In this document: positions 19,893-29,873 of the stretch, piece by piece | Layout of the letters: each line of letters starts with the position of its first letter | Position numbering within the stretch: position 1 is the stretch's first letter | Assembly (NCBI GenBank): GCA_965237905.1 | Contig: OZ250172.1 | Location: forward strand, 2,272,001 to 2,336,000 | Origin: Nitrospinaceae bacterium | GTDB taxonomy: Bacteria > Nitrospinota > Nitrospinia > Nitrospinales > Nitrospinaceae | Length of the DNA: 64,000 nucleotides | Direction: 5' to 3' | Notes under the pieces: generated by a model | What the model saw: only the letters and a program-made list of their open reading frames with translations | Told to the model about the DNA's origin: nothing | Databases searched by the model: none | Program-made: the position numbers and the translations under genes

Positions 19893-20861
19893 TCAGCCGA
19901 ACGGCCAGAACCAGCGCTGATTTCTCTCCCTCAACAGAACGGCCACCAATTCCTTTTCGTGTACCATCGGGTGATCCCTTAACGTCACCACAGTCCCCTC
20001 CTCGGGAGCATGCACTTCTTCCAATATAACTCCCTCATACAGATCACGGACTTCTCCTAATTTATCTCCTTTTTCCACCGTCGTCCCGATGACCGATTCA
20101 GGATAAAATAGTCCTGCTTCCTCAGTCAGCACAGGGCATTCGTCAGGGGCATCAAAAAATGCCATTTCCCGCTGGCTCGCCTTTTCACGGTTAAGACTCA
20201 ACAATCCCTCGGTCTTCATGAAATTTATAATCCCATCCAGCAGTAAATCACAATATTGAGGATGATAGGTTTGGGGTTTTCCTGCAGACAGGATAAAGGG
20301 ATGCAGGCCCATCAGGTCCCACTGCTTCGCCAGATTCAGAACCAGCGACGGGGACTCTGCGACCTCCCGACCGATGTGAAGTCCCAGACTGCGGGCCAGA
20401 GTGCGTCGTTTGCGATTGGGGTCGATCAGTTTGACGTGCGGTGCGTCCTCGTAATGTTTTTCTCCGGTTTGCAGGATGATGCCGTAGTCGGATTCGGCAG
20501 TATGCCGGATCACTGTATTGCAGATAGTTTCCGTCAACTCCCCGACTTCCATTCCAGGGAAGGTCAAATCCACATCCTGACTGTCGAAATTCCAGATCGG
20601 ATTCCCGGTTTCCCAGGCCTTGTAATTGACGACCGGGAAGATTTGAATGGTCCCCCGAATTTGATACCCGGTTTCTTTTCCGGCCTCGACATTATTGAGA
20701 AACCGGGATAGACGAGACGCCACCATCAGTCCGTTCAGCCGGTCGCCCTGCAGTCCGCTAACGATGGACAGGGTGTCTCCACTTTCCGGACCCCACCGGT
20801 TTTTGTAAAGAATCAGCGGTTCTCCGAAAGGAGTGGGGATATTGAGTATTTCTTCTTTCAC
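19893..20861 (-). CDS. M14 / succinylglutamate desuccinylase-aspartoacylase family protein with degenerate active site
   Basis: Same layout as the upstream paralog but GLQGDR, DVDL and ILQT replace HGDE, DMNR and DIH. Confidence 0.85.
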   Translation of the reverse strand: MKEEILNIPTPFGEPLILYKNRWGPESGDTLSIVSGLQGDRLNGLMVASRLSRFLNNVEAGKETGYQIRGTIQIFPVVNYKAWETGNPIWNFDSQDVDLTFPGMEVGELTETICNTVIRHTAESDYGIILQTGEKHYEDAPHVKLIDPNRKRRTLARSLGLHIGREVAESPSLVLNLAKQWDLMGLHPFILSAGKPQTYHPQYCDLLLDGIINFMKTEGLLSLNREKASQREMAFFDAPDECPVLTEEAGLFYPESVIGTTVEKGDKLGEVRDLYEGVILEEVHAPEEGTVVTLRDHPMVHEKELVAVLLRERNQRWFWPFG

Positions 20862-21826
20862 GGTTTGGGTTCCCGGTCCAACGCCACCCGGGCGAGCAAA
20901 GTTCCTGAATGGACCACAGGTTGTTCCCGCAGGGTAAACAGCAGACCGTTGCCCGGTGCCGTCACTTCTTCCAGAACAACACCTTCCACCGGGTCCAGAA
21001 CCTGGCCGATGATTTCGTCTTCTCCCACCCGTTGTCCCAATGCCACCCGGCTGACAAACAGGCCGGAGTGCTTTGCGCTGGCTTGGGCCACCCCTCTCGG
21101 GTAGACCACCTGCGGGGCGGGCGCCGATGGAATGTCGGAAGGTAAGGACGCCAACACTCCCTGGTGATGAAGCAGGTGCATCATTCCATGGAACAAGCGG
21201 TCCACAAAATCCGGTTCAATACGCAGGCAGATTCCGGTTTCGATCACGAGAGTGGGGATATCCAACTTGTTCAGGTTGTAGCCGAGAGTGGATTCGAACA
21301 CTCCTGCCATGGGATGAATCCAGATGATATCGGTGTGGGTTTGCAAGGCCAAAGGAAGCAGTTCTTCAGAAAACTCCTCAATGATCCTTATCTGCGGCAA
21401 TTCTTTAAGGTGAAGGTTGGAGGCATGGATGTCCACCACCAGGTCGGAGCTTTCCTTTAAATCCTTAAATATTTCCTGAGACATTTGAACGGGGAGGGAC
21501 GCTCCGGGATGTGGACCCATCATCCGGTTCATATCGGACCCATAAAACGGCCACAAGCGGGTGCCGTGGTTGAGTGCCGGTGGGTTGGCCGCTGGATAAA
21601 TATGAACCTCACCCTGAAAGGTCTCCGGTTGTGTCTCCTGGATTTGGCGCAGAGCGTGAATCAGTCGGTGGCACAGGTACAGGCCTTCCAACTCGTCCCC
21701 GTGCAGGCCGGAAACAAACGAGACGCGCTGCACCGGTTTCTTTCGATGAGCAGAGAACGTTTGTTTGACTATATTCAGGGATGAGCCCAATGGACTGGCA
21801 CGGGAGAGAAGGGTCTGGGTTTTCAA
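20858..21826 (-). CDS. M14 / succinylglutamate desuccinylase-aspartoacylase family hydrolase
   Basis: GLHGDELEG, DMNR, VVDIH, VIETG; C-terminal biotinyl-like domain. Confidence 0.9.
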   Translation of the reverse strand: MKTQTLLSRASPLGSSLNIVKQTFSAHRKKPVQRVSFVSGLHGDELEGLYLCHRLIHALRQIQETQPETFQGEVHIYPAANPPALNHGTRLWPFYGSDMNRMMGPHPGASLPVQMSQEIFKDLKESSDLVVDIHASNLHLKELPQIRIIEEFSEELLPLALQTHTDIIWIHPMAGVFESTLGYNLNKLDIPTLVIETGICLRIEPDFVDRLFHGMMHLLHHQGVLASLPSDIPSAPAPQVVYPRGVAQASAKHSGLFVSRVALGQRVGEDEIIGQVLDPVEGVVLEEVTAPGNGLLFTLREQPVVHSGTLLARVALDREPKP

Positions 21827-21856
21827 GATCGGCTCCGACTGAATCGATTCAGATAA

Positions 21857-23311
21857 TCAATAAGAAGGCTTTTCTTTCTTTTTTTTCGGTTCGATGTTCA
21901 TGGCATCGATTTTCCGCTTGAGAGTGTTTCGATTAATTCCGAGATCCTTGGCGGTGGCAACCTGGTTCCCCCGATTTTTTTCGAGTAACTGCTCGAACAA
22001 ATGCTTTTCTACCGTTTCGATCAATAGGTCGTGTAGTTGACCTTTCCCGCTATCAAAATGGTCCTTCAGAAAATTTTTCACCAACGGATTCATTTCCGCA
22101 TCCCACGTGATGTCTGCCGGTTCTGGTGCGGGCGGGTCGACCTGCAAGTTGAGCGGCAGGTGTTCCAAAAGCAGGGGACCGCTCGACGCCAACACCATTC
22201 CGCGTTTGATCACGTTTTCCAATTCGCGGATGTTGCCAGGCCAGTGATAATTTTTGAATACCTGTTCTACCTGAGGGGACAGAAATACCTGGCTCCGTGT
22301 CAGTTCTCCAGAAAACTTTTTCAGAAAAAAGTTGGCCAGCAGGGGAACGTCTTCCGCCCGTTCCCGAAGCGGAGGTAAATGAATATTGATGACATTGAGC
22401 CGGTGATACAGATCTTCACGAAACCGTTTCTCATCCATGAGTTCCGGAAGGTTCTGGTTGGTGGCGGCGATCACCCGTACGTTGACCCGGAGAGGCTCTT
22501 TGCCCCCCACCCGGTAAAATTCATTGTTCTGTAGCACTCGCAGAATCTTGGCTTGCAGGGCGATTTCCATATCGCCGATTTCATCGAGCAGGATGGTTCC
22601 GCTGTCAGCCAGTTCGAATTTTCCTTTTTTGGCTTCCACCGCTCCGGTGAAGGCGCCTTTCTCGTGGCCGAACAGTTCGGACTCCAACAGTTCGCGTGAA
22701 ATAGCGGCACAGTTGATGAAGATGAAAGGACGCTTGACGCGGTCAGAATAAAAATGAAGCGCCCGCGCCACCATTTCCTTGCCGGTTCCGCTTTCACCGG
22801 TGATCAAAACGGGAAGCTGGGTCACGGCGGCCTTGCCGATGGTTTTGAATATGTCCTGCATGGTTTTGCTTTTGCCGACGATGTCATCCACCGAAAAATC
22901 GCTACCGCTGACGGACACCGCCTCCTGAGGGGGAGTCACCTGGGAGCTTGCCGTTACCTTGTCGATCAATCCATAAATTTCGTTAAAATCGAACGGCTTG
23001 CTGATGTAGTCGTACGCGCCCTTGCGCATGGCCAGAATGGTGTTGTTCATGGTGTCCTGGGCGGTCATGACGATGACGTGAGTTTGCGGCTGCTGGCTTT
23101 TAATGTGATCCAACAGGTCCATGCCGCCCATCCCCGGCATGAAGATGTCGGTAAAAATGAGCAGGTAATTGTGGTTCGTCATTTTTTCCAGCGCTTCCTC
23201 GGCGCTGTCGGCGGTATGGACGGTCAGGGGTCTTTCCTCCAGTGCCTGCGCGAAGACCCAGCGGATGTTTTCTTCGTCATCGACGATCAGAATTTTATTT
23301 TCAGTGGTCAT
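21857..23311 (-). CDS. ntrC: sigma54-dependent response regulator, NtrC type
   Basis: Receiver domain, GESGTGKE, ESELFGHEKGAFTGA, WPGNIRELEN, Fis HTH (GNQ..A..LGINRNTL). Confidence 0.85.
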   Translation of the reverse strand: MTTENKILIVDDEENIRWVFAQALEERPLTVHTADSAEEALEKMTNHNYLLIFTDIFMPGMGGMDLLDHIKSQQPQTHVIVMTAQDTMNNTILAMRKGAYDYISKPFDFNEIYGLIDKVTASSQVTPPQEAVSVSGSDFSVDDIVGKSKTMQDIFKTIGKAAVTQLPVLITGESGTGKEMVARALHFYSDRVKRPFIFINCAAISRELLESELFGHEKGAFTGAVEAKKGKFELADSGTILLDEIGDMEIALQAKILRVLQNNEFYRVGGKEPLRVNVRVIAATNQNLPELMDEKRFREDLYHRLNVINIHLPPLRERAEDVPLLANFFLKKFSGELTRSQVFLSPQVEQVFKNYHWPGNIRELENVIKRGMVLASSGPLLLEHLPLNLQVDPPAPEPADITWDAEMNPLVKNFLKDHFDSGKGQLHDLLIETVEKHLFEQLLEKNRGNQVATAKDLGINRNTLKRKIDAMNIEPKKKKEKPSY

Positions 23312-23313
23312 GG

Positions 23314-24402
23314 TTATCCTTGCTCCACGGGTAGGAACACCTGAACCCGCGTGCCTTTCCCTGTTTCCGATTGCACGTTCATTTTGCCTTTATGGTTCTC
23401 GACAATTTTCAAGGACAGCGGCAGGCCCAGTCCGCTTCCCTTGCTCTTAGTAGTGTGAAACGGGGTGAATATGTTGTTCAAATCCTCGGCTCCGATGCCG
23501 GGGCCTGAATCCCTGATTTCCACCAGAATGGCCTGCCGGGAATTGGGGCGGGTCTCTGTTTTAACCGTGTAATTCGAATGAATCCGGGTCATGAGTTCCA
23601 GCGTTCCGTCTTCGGGCATGGCCTCCAGGGCGTTGCGCACCAGATTGAGGAACACCTGCTTCAATTGATCTTCATCGCCCTCCACCTGCGGCAGGCTGGG
23701 GTCGTAATTCTGAACAAACCGGATATCCGCATGCCCGTTCTTTTTTTCCAACAGCAGGATTTCCTCCAGGATCTGATGGATATTGAGTAGTTTGAGTTCC
23801 AGTTGCATCGGACGAGCAAAATCCAGCATGCGCTCCATCATGCGGTTGATGCGATCCGATTCCTTGATGACCACGTCGAGGAACTTGTGATGCTGGTCCG
23901 GCAAACGCTTGCGCAACAGTTGGGCCGACCCGCTGATCGCCACCAGGGGATTTTTAATTTCGTGCGCCATGCCCAGGGACAACACACCGAGGTGCGACAA
24001 TTCGTCCATCCGCTTCGAACTCTCCTCCAACTCCTTGAACAGGCTCATATCGCGCACGTGCAACACTGCGCCCTGGGCGGGCACTCCGTTATTCATGTAA
24101 GGCGACACGGTGACGCTGACCGGGAAGGACGAGTGGCTGGTTTTACGGAAACCCTGCCCCCGGACATCGCGAAACGAAAACCCGCGCGTCAACGTTTCCT
24201 GGATTTTCGCGTTGATTTCCGATTGCTCAGAAAAAAGCTCTGTCAATGGTTTGTCCTTTAACGACTCGATCGACGAACGAAACATCTCCTCAATGGCCGG
24301 ATTGGCTTTTTCGATCGTGTTGTTTGAAGACACTAGAACCACCCCGTCAACAAAAGAGGAAAAGATGTGTTCAAAAAAATGATGGTCGCCATTTATCGTC
24401 AT
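23314..24402 (-). CDS. ntrB: PAS sensor histidine kinase, NtrB type
   Basis: PAS domain; MAHEIKNPL, YDPSLP, QVFLNLVRNA, GSGLGL. Confidence 0.85.
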   Translation of the reverse strand: MTINGDHHFFEHIFSSFVDGVVLVSSNNTIEKANPAIEEMFRSSIESLKDKPLTELFSEQSEINAKIQETLTRGFSFRDVRGQGFRKTSHSSFPVSVTVSPYMNNGVPAQGAVLHVRDMSLFKELEESSKRMDELSHLGVLSLGMAHEIKNPLVAISGSAQLLRKRLPDQHHKFLDVVIKESDRINRMMERMLDFARPMQLELKLLNIHQILEEILLLEKKNGHADIRFVQNYDPSLPQVEGDEDQLKQVFLNLVRNALEAMPEDGTLELMTRIHSNYTVKTETRPNSRQAILVEIRDSGPGIGAEDLNNIFTPFHTTKSKGSGLGLPLSLKIVENHKGKMNVQSETGKGTRVQVFLPVEQG

Positions 24403-24414
24403 GCCGGTTACCGT

Positions 24415-24807
24415 TTATTTGGACGCCTTGTTCTTTTTGGAAGTTTTCGATTTACCGCCCGTGTATGGATTTTTACTGTTCGCCTTGGGCGCGGGTTTGG
24501 GTTCGGGTTTGGCGGCGGGAGCCGGAGCCTTGTCCGGTGCCGGATTGCCTTCCGATTTCGACTCGGCGGGAGCCGCCGGTTTGCCCTGCGAGCTTTCAAC
24601 TTCCCAACCTTTTTTGCGGGACTCCGAGGGATAATCGTTGGCGTACCAGCCGTCGCCTTTCAGGATAAATCCGCCGGCGGACACCATCCGCCGCGGCTTG
24701 CCCTTGCATCCCTTGGTCTCGCATTTCTTTGGAAGGGGCGCGCTGACCGCATGGATCAGCTCGAAGACACCCCCGCATTTCTCACATTCGTATTCATAAA
24801 TAGGCAT
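24415..24807 (-). CDS. FmdB family zinc-ribbon protein
   Basis: MPIYEYECEKCG...CxxxxC...GFILKGDGWY..DY; low-complexity tail. Confidence 0.9.
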   Translation of the reverse strand: MPIYEYECEKCGGVFELIHAVSAPLPKKCETKGCKGKPRRMVSAGGFILKGDGWYANDYPSESRKKGWEVESSQGKPAAPAESKSEGNPAPDKAPAPAAKPEPKPAPKANSKNPYTGGKSKTSKKNKASK

Positions 24808-25156
24808 TGCGCAGAACTCCAGAAATATGAAATCCCCAAAAAAAGGGGAACATTGAACCTAAAAGCGCTTAAATTTTTGGCAGATTTAGCCGCCTTTACA
24901 AAAACTATCATTTCGACATCGAAAAGGCAAGTTTTCAAGATAAATTTTGACGCATTTTAAGGCAAAAGTTGAGTCTCTACTAGATTTATAACAGGAAGAT
25001 GTTGACACCCAGGAGGGGGAAATTGATGGCGGGTGTACTTGTGAGTTCCCCAATGTATGGGGAGAAGTTCAACTATCGTCTATATTACCGACTACTTCAC
25101 GGCCGACGTTTCATTACTTTTCCTCAGCTCGATTTCGTAGATTCCGCCATTGGCGC

Positions 25157-26635
25157 TCAAAAACAAGGCATCATTGATATTAACCATAGTCTCAACTGGG
25201 CTATGGAAGAAACTGAATCGGTGGACAGAGACGGATCATTAACCATCACAGTACCGATCGCCGTACCATTGCTTACAAAAAGATCCCTTCCGGGGGAGCC
25301 GTCCTCGGCCGCGAAAAACAGCGTGCCGTTTAGGTTAATTAAAGATTTGGGATTAGAAGATCTCCCGCACGCAGCAACATTTTTCACCATCTTTGTGCCG
25401 GATGACGTGCCGTTGCTTTTCCAAAGTTCCCTTCCGTTGATACCATCGTCAGCTGAGAAAAACAATGTACCATTGACATTAGTTAAATAGTAAGGATTGG
25501 AAGAGCCGTCCTTCCAAATATCCTTCACCAATACGGTGCCGGCTGTCATACCGTCGCTTTTCCACAGTTCGATTCCGTGGGTGCCGTTGTCGGCTGTGAA
25601 AAAAAGTGTGCCGTTGACATTGGTAAGATCTTGAGGCTTCGATGATTTGCTCCCAGTATTGATATCCTTCACCAATACGGTACCGGCGGGTGTGCCGTCG
25701 GTTTTCCACAGCTCTTCTCCGTGAGTGCCATCATTGGCTCTGAAAAACAATGTGCCGTTAACGTGGGTCGTGTTGCCGCTTATGATGATATCTGCAATCA
25801 TCATAGTACCGTCCTCGGTACCGTCGCTTTTCCAAAGTTCCCTTCCGTTGATACCGTCGTCAGCCATGAAAAGCAGTGTGCCGTTGGCATTGTTATACCC
25901 GATAGGAATGGAAGTGTCAGGACCAACCCGAATATCCTTCACTATTACCGTGCCCGCCGCGGTGCCGTCACTTTTCCACAGCTCGATTCCGTGGTCAAAG
26001 TCATAGGCGGCAAAAAACAAGGTGCCGTTTATGTTGATAAGAGGTCCAGGATTTGAATAGCCGTCCGTCAGAATATCCTTCACCAATACAGTACCGGCTG
26101 ATGTGCCATCGCTTTTCCAGAGTTCCCTTCCGTTGACACCGTCGTCAGCTGTAAAAAACAGTGTGCCGTTGACGTTGGTAAGATCTTTAGGTTTCGAGGA
26201 TTTGCTCCCAGTATTGATATCCTTCACCATCACCGTACCAGCCGCAGTGCCATCGCTTTTCCAGAGTTCTTTTCCGTGGATACCGTCGTCAGCTATGAAA
26301 AACAGAGTGCCGCTGACGTCAGTCAAATATTGAGGACTGGAAGAATTAACACCCGCACCGATATCCTTCACCATCACGGTACCGGCCGCGGTGCCATCGC
26401 TTTTCCAGAGTTCCCTTCCGTAGAGCTCGTGGTTGGCGCGGAAGTAAGCCACCGGGCCAATGGTCATTATTTCAGCTGGCTTGGAATGAGGTATAGCGGC
26501 GGTAATCTGCTGATTGATGGCCTTGATGAGTTGGGGTTGGGCGGCTAATACGGGCAGATGGATAAAAGTAATCAGGATAACGATCCAAAGGACCGCCCAG
26601 GAGGGTTTTGTCTGATTCCGTTTAAGTTGATTCAT
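25157..26635 (-). CDS. exported ELWxxDGT repeat protein with frameshifted 3' end
   Basis: Signal peptide; nine ELWKSDGT-type repeats of ~48 aa; a tenth lies out of frame. Confidence 0.9.
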   Translation of the reverse strand: MNQLKRNQTKPSWAVLWIVILITFIHLPVLAAQPQLIKAINQQITAAIPHSKPAEIMTIGPVAYFRANHELYGRELWKSDGTAAGTVMVKDIGAGVNSSSPQYLTDVSGTLFFIADDGIHGKELWKSDGTAAGTVMVKDINTGSKSSKPKDLTNVNGTLFFTADDGVNGRELWKSDGTSAGTVLVKDILTDGYSNPGPLININGTLFFAAYDFDHGIELWKSDGTAAGTVIVKDIRVGPDTSIPIGYNNANGTLLFMADDGINGRELWKSDGTEDGTMMIADIIISGNTTHVNGTLFFRANDGTHGEELWKTDGTPAGTVLVKDINTGSKSSKPQDLTNVNGTLFFTADNGTHGIELWKSDGMTAGTVLVKDIWKDGSSNPYYLTNVNGTLFFSADDGINGRELWKSNGTSSGTKMVKNVAACGRSSNPKSLINLNGTLFFAAEDGSPGRDLFVSNGTAIGTVMVNDPSLSTDSVSSIAQLRLWLISMMPCF

Positions 26636-26760
26636 CTTAAATGTGTGTTGGGTTCACTTAATAGTGTAGGACTGGGGTACAATTAAGTCAAGACCAAACA
26701 GACTAACTTAATGGGGCCGGAGGAATAATGGGATTGCAGGATGCACAGGAAAACCTGCCG

Positions 26761-26784
26761 CCCTTCGACAGGCTCAGGGTGACA
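26761..26784 (+). repeat. REP-like element CCCTTCGACAGGCTCAGGGTGACA
   Basis: Intergenic; a second, degenerate copy lies at 6324-6347. Confidence 0.65.
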
Positions 26785-26954
26785 GGTTTTTCATTCCGAA
26801 GACGGCAATAAAAGTTTTCGGGGGTATTTGAAAAGTTGGGTCCAGTGTCACTCCAGGCGGAGAGCCTCCGCTGGTTACAAAAAAATCGATTGGCGAAAGC
26901 AACCCTTGATTCACGCCAAACGTTCCGGCAAAATTTGCCCCGGGCCTTGCCCGG

Positions 26955-27872
26955 TTAAACTTCGGTCAGCCAGTGTTTGAACTTGGGGGATTTGCCGGCG
27001 ACGATGTCGAAGAAGGATTTCTGGATGCGGTCGGTGGTGTCGCCTTTCGATCCGTTGCCGATACTGCGGTTGTCGATCTCGCGGATCGGGGTGATCTCGG
27101 CGGCGGTGCCGGTCAGGAAAATTTCGTCGGCCAGGTACAGCTCATCCCGCGTCAGCGTTTCTTCCTTCAACGGGATGTTCAGTTCTTCACAGATGCCGAA
27201 CACCGCGTCGCGGGTGATGCCGTCCAGGCAACTGCTCGACAGCGGCGGGGTCATTAGTGTGTTTTTATATAAGATGAATATATTCTCACCCGACCCTTCG
27301 GAAACGTAACCATTGGGATCGAGCAGAATCGCTTCGTCGTAGCCGTCACGCACCGCTTCCGCCTTGGCGAAGATGGAGTTGATGTAATAGCCGCAGGCCT
27401 TGGCCTTGGTCATGCTGATGTTGACATGGTGCCGGGTAAACGAGGAGGTGCGGACGCGGATGCCCTTGTTGAGTCCGTCGTCGCCCAGGTACGTGCCCCA
27501 CGGCCAGGCGGCGATGGCAACGCGGACGTTGACGCCCTCCGGGTTCAGGCCCATTTTGTTGTCGCCCAGGAAAACGATCGGGCGGATGTAGCACTCCTCC
27601 AGCTTGTTGACCGAAACAACATTAATGATGGCCTTGGTGATGTCCTCCGGCGAAAAGGGGATGTCGATCCCCAGTATTTTGGCGGAGTTGAACAGGCGCT
27701 GGACGTGCTCCGGCAGGCGGAAAATGGCCGATTTGCCGTTCTCCGTGCGGTAACAGCGGATGCCCTCGAACACACCGTAGCCGTAATGCAGGGTGTGGGT
27801 GAGGACGTGGACATTCGCTTCGTGCCAGGGGACCAGTGCCCCGTCCATCCAGATTTTTTCCGATTTTTCCAC
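26955..27872 (-). CDS. ilvE: branched-chain amino acid aminotransferase
   Basis: LHYGYGVFEGIR, AKACGYY, EGSGENIF, LDGITR, TGTAAEITP. Confidence 0.95.
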   Translation of the reverse strand: MEKSEKIWMDGALVPWHEANVHVLTHTLHYGYGVFEGIRCYRTENGKSAIFRLPEHVQRLFNSAKILGIDIPFSPEDITKAIINVVSVNKLEECYIRPIVFLGDNKMGLNPEGVNVRVAIAAWPWGTYLGDDGLNKGIRVRTSSFTRHHVNISMTKAKACGYYINSIFAKAEAVRDGYDEAILLDPNGYVSEGSGENIFILYKNTLMTPPLSSSCLDGITRDAVFGICEELNIPLKEETLTRDELYLADEIFLTGTAAEITPIREIDNRSIGNGSKGDTTDRIQKSFFDIVAGKSPKFKHWLTEV

Positions 27873-27954
27873 GTTGAGCCTTGATGAAGGTGAATTTACG
27901 CTAAAGGGCCATTTTATGAGGGGGTTGGGGTAAAATCAAGCCAAATAAAACCCA

Positions 27955-27983
27955 TTGACATGATAAGGTGGGTCTGATAATTT
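27955..27983 (+). promoter_or_regulatory. sigma70 promoter of the tRNA pair
   Basis: TTGACA-17-TAATTT upstream of tRNA-Lys. Confidence 0.6.
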
Positions 27984-28017
27984 CTTACGCTTCACGTGTG
28001 TCACGCAAGTGCATCAC

Positions 28018-28093
28018 GGGCCGCTAGCTCAGTTGGTAGAGCAACGCCCTTTTAAGGCGTGGGTCGAAGGTTCGAATCCTTCGCGGCTCACCA
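28018..28093 (+). tRNA. tRNA-Lys(UUU)
   Basis: Cloverleaf; anticodon arm ACGCC-CTTTTAA-GGCGT; GGTTCGAATCC T arm; encoded CCA. Confidence 0.97.
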
Positions 28094-28122
28094 ATTTCTT
28101 TCTGCATCAAATACCACACACA

Positions 28123-28200
28123 GTCCCCATCGTCTAGCCTGGTCCAGGACACCGGCCTTTCACGCCGGCGACGCGGGTTCGAATCCCGCTGGGGACGCCA
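28123..28200 (+). tRNA. tRNA-Glu(UUC)
   Basis: Anticodon arm CCGGC-CTTTCAC-GCCGG; GGTTCGAATCC T arm; encoded CCA. Confidence 0.97.
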
Positions 28201-28348
28201 GGTTTTTCCCTCTATTTCATTGATTCTCCTGAGGCCATGGCCTCATCCTCTCCTTAACTTTTATTCTCCCCGCTTCCATTGATCCGGTCGGGGAAATGGG
28301 TTATTTTCAATAGAGCAAAATTTCCTTCATTCATCCAGGAGCTTCGTT

Positions 28349-29158
28349 ATGAGAATTCTTCTTGCCTTTTTCTTTATATTCAGTTTTATCGCTTGTGCCA
28401 ATTCCGATGTTCAGACGAATGGGGGTATTCAAACGAAAGAGATCGAATACTCTTCCGGCGGCACCACCCTGAAAGGTTTTTTGGCCTGGGACGATTCCGT
28501 GAAAGGCAAACGCCCTGGTGTACTGGTTGTCCACGAATGGTGGGGCCACAACCAACACGCTCGCGATCGCGCCCGCATGCTGGCAGAGCTCGGTTATACC
28601 GCGTTCGCGGTTGATATGTATGGAGACGGCAAATTTGCCGACCATCCGAAAAAGGCCGGCGAGTTCATGAGCGCGGCGTTTGAGGATTGGGAGGGAAGCC
28701 AGGCGAAATTCAACGCGGCGAAAAAGTTATTGCAAAATCATGCGACGGTCGACCCGGAACGCATTGGGGCGATCGGGTTTTGTTTCGGCGGTGCCGTCTC
28801 CCTGCGCATGGCGCGCGGCGGTGCCGATCTGGATGCGGTGGTCGCCTTTCATAGTGCGCTTCCCCTCGCTCCTCCGGTGAGTCCGGGCCAAGTGAAGGCC
28901 GCAGTGCTGGTCATCAACGGTGCGGACGATGGTTTTCTGGACCCCAAGACGGTGGCAACCTTTAAAGAGGAGATGGCGGGTGCGACGAAGGATTTCAGAT
29001 ACGTCAGCTTAAAAGGAGTCAAGCACAGCTACACCAACAAGCAGGCCGACGAGTTCAGCAAAAAGTTCGATATTTCCGCGCTGGAATACAATGAAAAAGC
29101 CGACCAGAACGCCTGGTCCGCCATGCAGGTTTTCTTCAAGCGGGTCTTTTCCAAGTAA
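28349..29158 (+). CDS. dienelactone hydrolase family protein (exported)
   Basis: VVHEWWG, GFCFGG nucleophile elbow, KHSYTN; signal or lipoprotein peptide. Confidence 0.92.
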   Translation: MRILLAFFFIFSFIACANSDVQTNGGIQTKEIEYSSGGTTLKGFLAWDDSVKGKRPGVLVVHEWWGHNQHARDRARMLAELGYTAFAVDMYGDGKFADHPKKAGEFMSAAFEDWEGSQAKFNAAKKLLQNHATVDPERIGAIGFCFGGAVSLRMARGGADLDAVVAFHSALPLAPPVSPGQVKAAVLVINGADDGFLDPKTVATFKEEMAGATKDFRYVSLKGVKHSYTNKQADEFSKKFDISALEYNEKADQNAWSAMQVFFKRVFSK

Positions 29159-29323
29159 GGACGGATTTCAGGTTTCCCCCTTCTTTCAGGTCGAGTTTGA
29201 GAGCGAGGAAGGAAAGCAGGTCTTTCATGGAGGGCACTCCGACGGAGCCGGTCATTATTAGATAATTTTAATCTTGGCCCAGAGCCTTGATTGCAGAGCA
29301 TTAATAGGTTAAGGAAAATAAAT

Positions 29324-29554
29324 TTAGTCACCAAGAAAGCCGCATTGAGGAAGGTCTTCGCCATTTTTTTGATCTTTGCACCATTTCTCAAGCTGTTTCC
29401 TCGTCAGGCACGTGGGGTCTCCTGGCTCAGCGTGCCTACAGGCACACTCTGGAGATGTTTGACAAATTGAGGAGTAGGAGACGTAGCCAATCACAGTAAG
29501 AAAAACCGCTCCGAGAACCCAAACTACAATTTTATTTCTTCCACTGTATTTCAT
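29324..29554 (-). CDS. small Cys-rich membrane-anchored protein
   Basis: 76 aa; one N-terminal TM segment followed by six Cys. Confidence 0.5.
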   Translation of the reverse strand: MKYSGRNKIVVWVLGAVFLTVIGYVSYSSICQTSPECACRHAEPGDPTCLTRKQLEKWCKDQKNGEDLPQCGFLGD

Positions 29555-29762
29555 CTGCCAATTTCACTCTCAGTATAACTACATATTAGATTTGGACTTT
29601 TGGTTGTCATGGTTGCTTTCCTTCAATATAAACCATGTTGCGGTTAATACTAAAAGGTCGGTTTTCCGTCCTTTTCCTAGAGGTAATGCCTGATAGATTA
29701 CGGTTAAAGCCAGTTCTTATATCCCTATTTGCAAATGGTTGCCGATGAATGGAGATTAAGAT

Positions 29763-29791
29763 TTGACGAGGTGCCGGACTTTGGTTAAAAT
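29763..29791 (+). promoter_or_regulatory. sigma70 promoter
   Basis: TTGACG-17-TAAAAT. Confidence 0.55.
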
Positions 29792-29873
29792 GTGCCCAAT
29801 CCATTTTGACTCAAGAGATCCTTGTGCGTTCGGAAATCCTTTGCCTCCGGGTGCCAGGCCATTGCAGGGAGCT

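Noticed and set aside
25250..26440. Regularly spaced nucleotide repeats (CCGTCGCTTTTCCA...) resembling a CRISPR array
   Set aside because: They are the coding ELWxxDGT repeats with a ~144-nt period and synonymous variation; no cas genes are present
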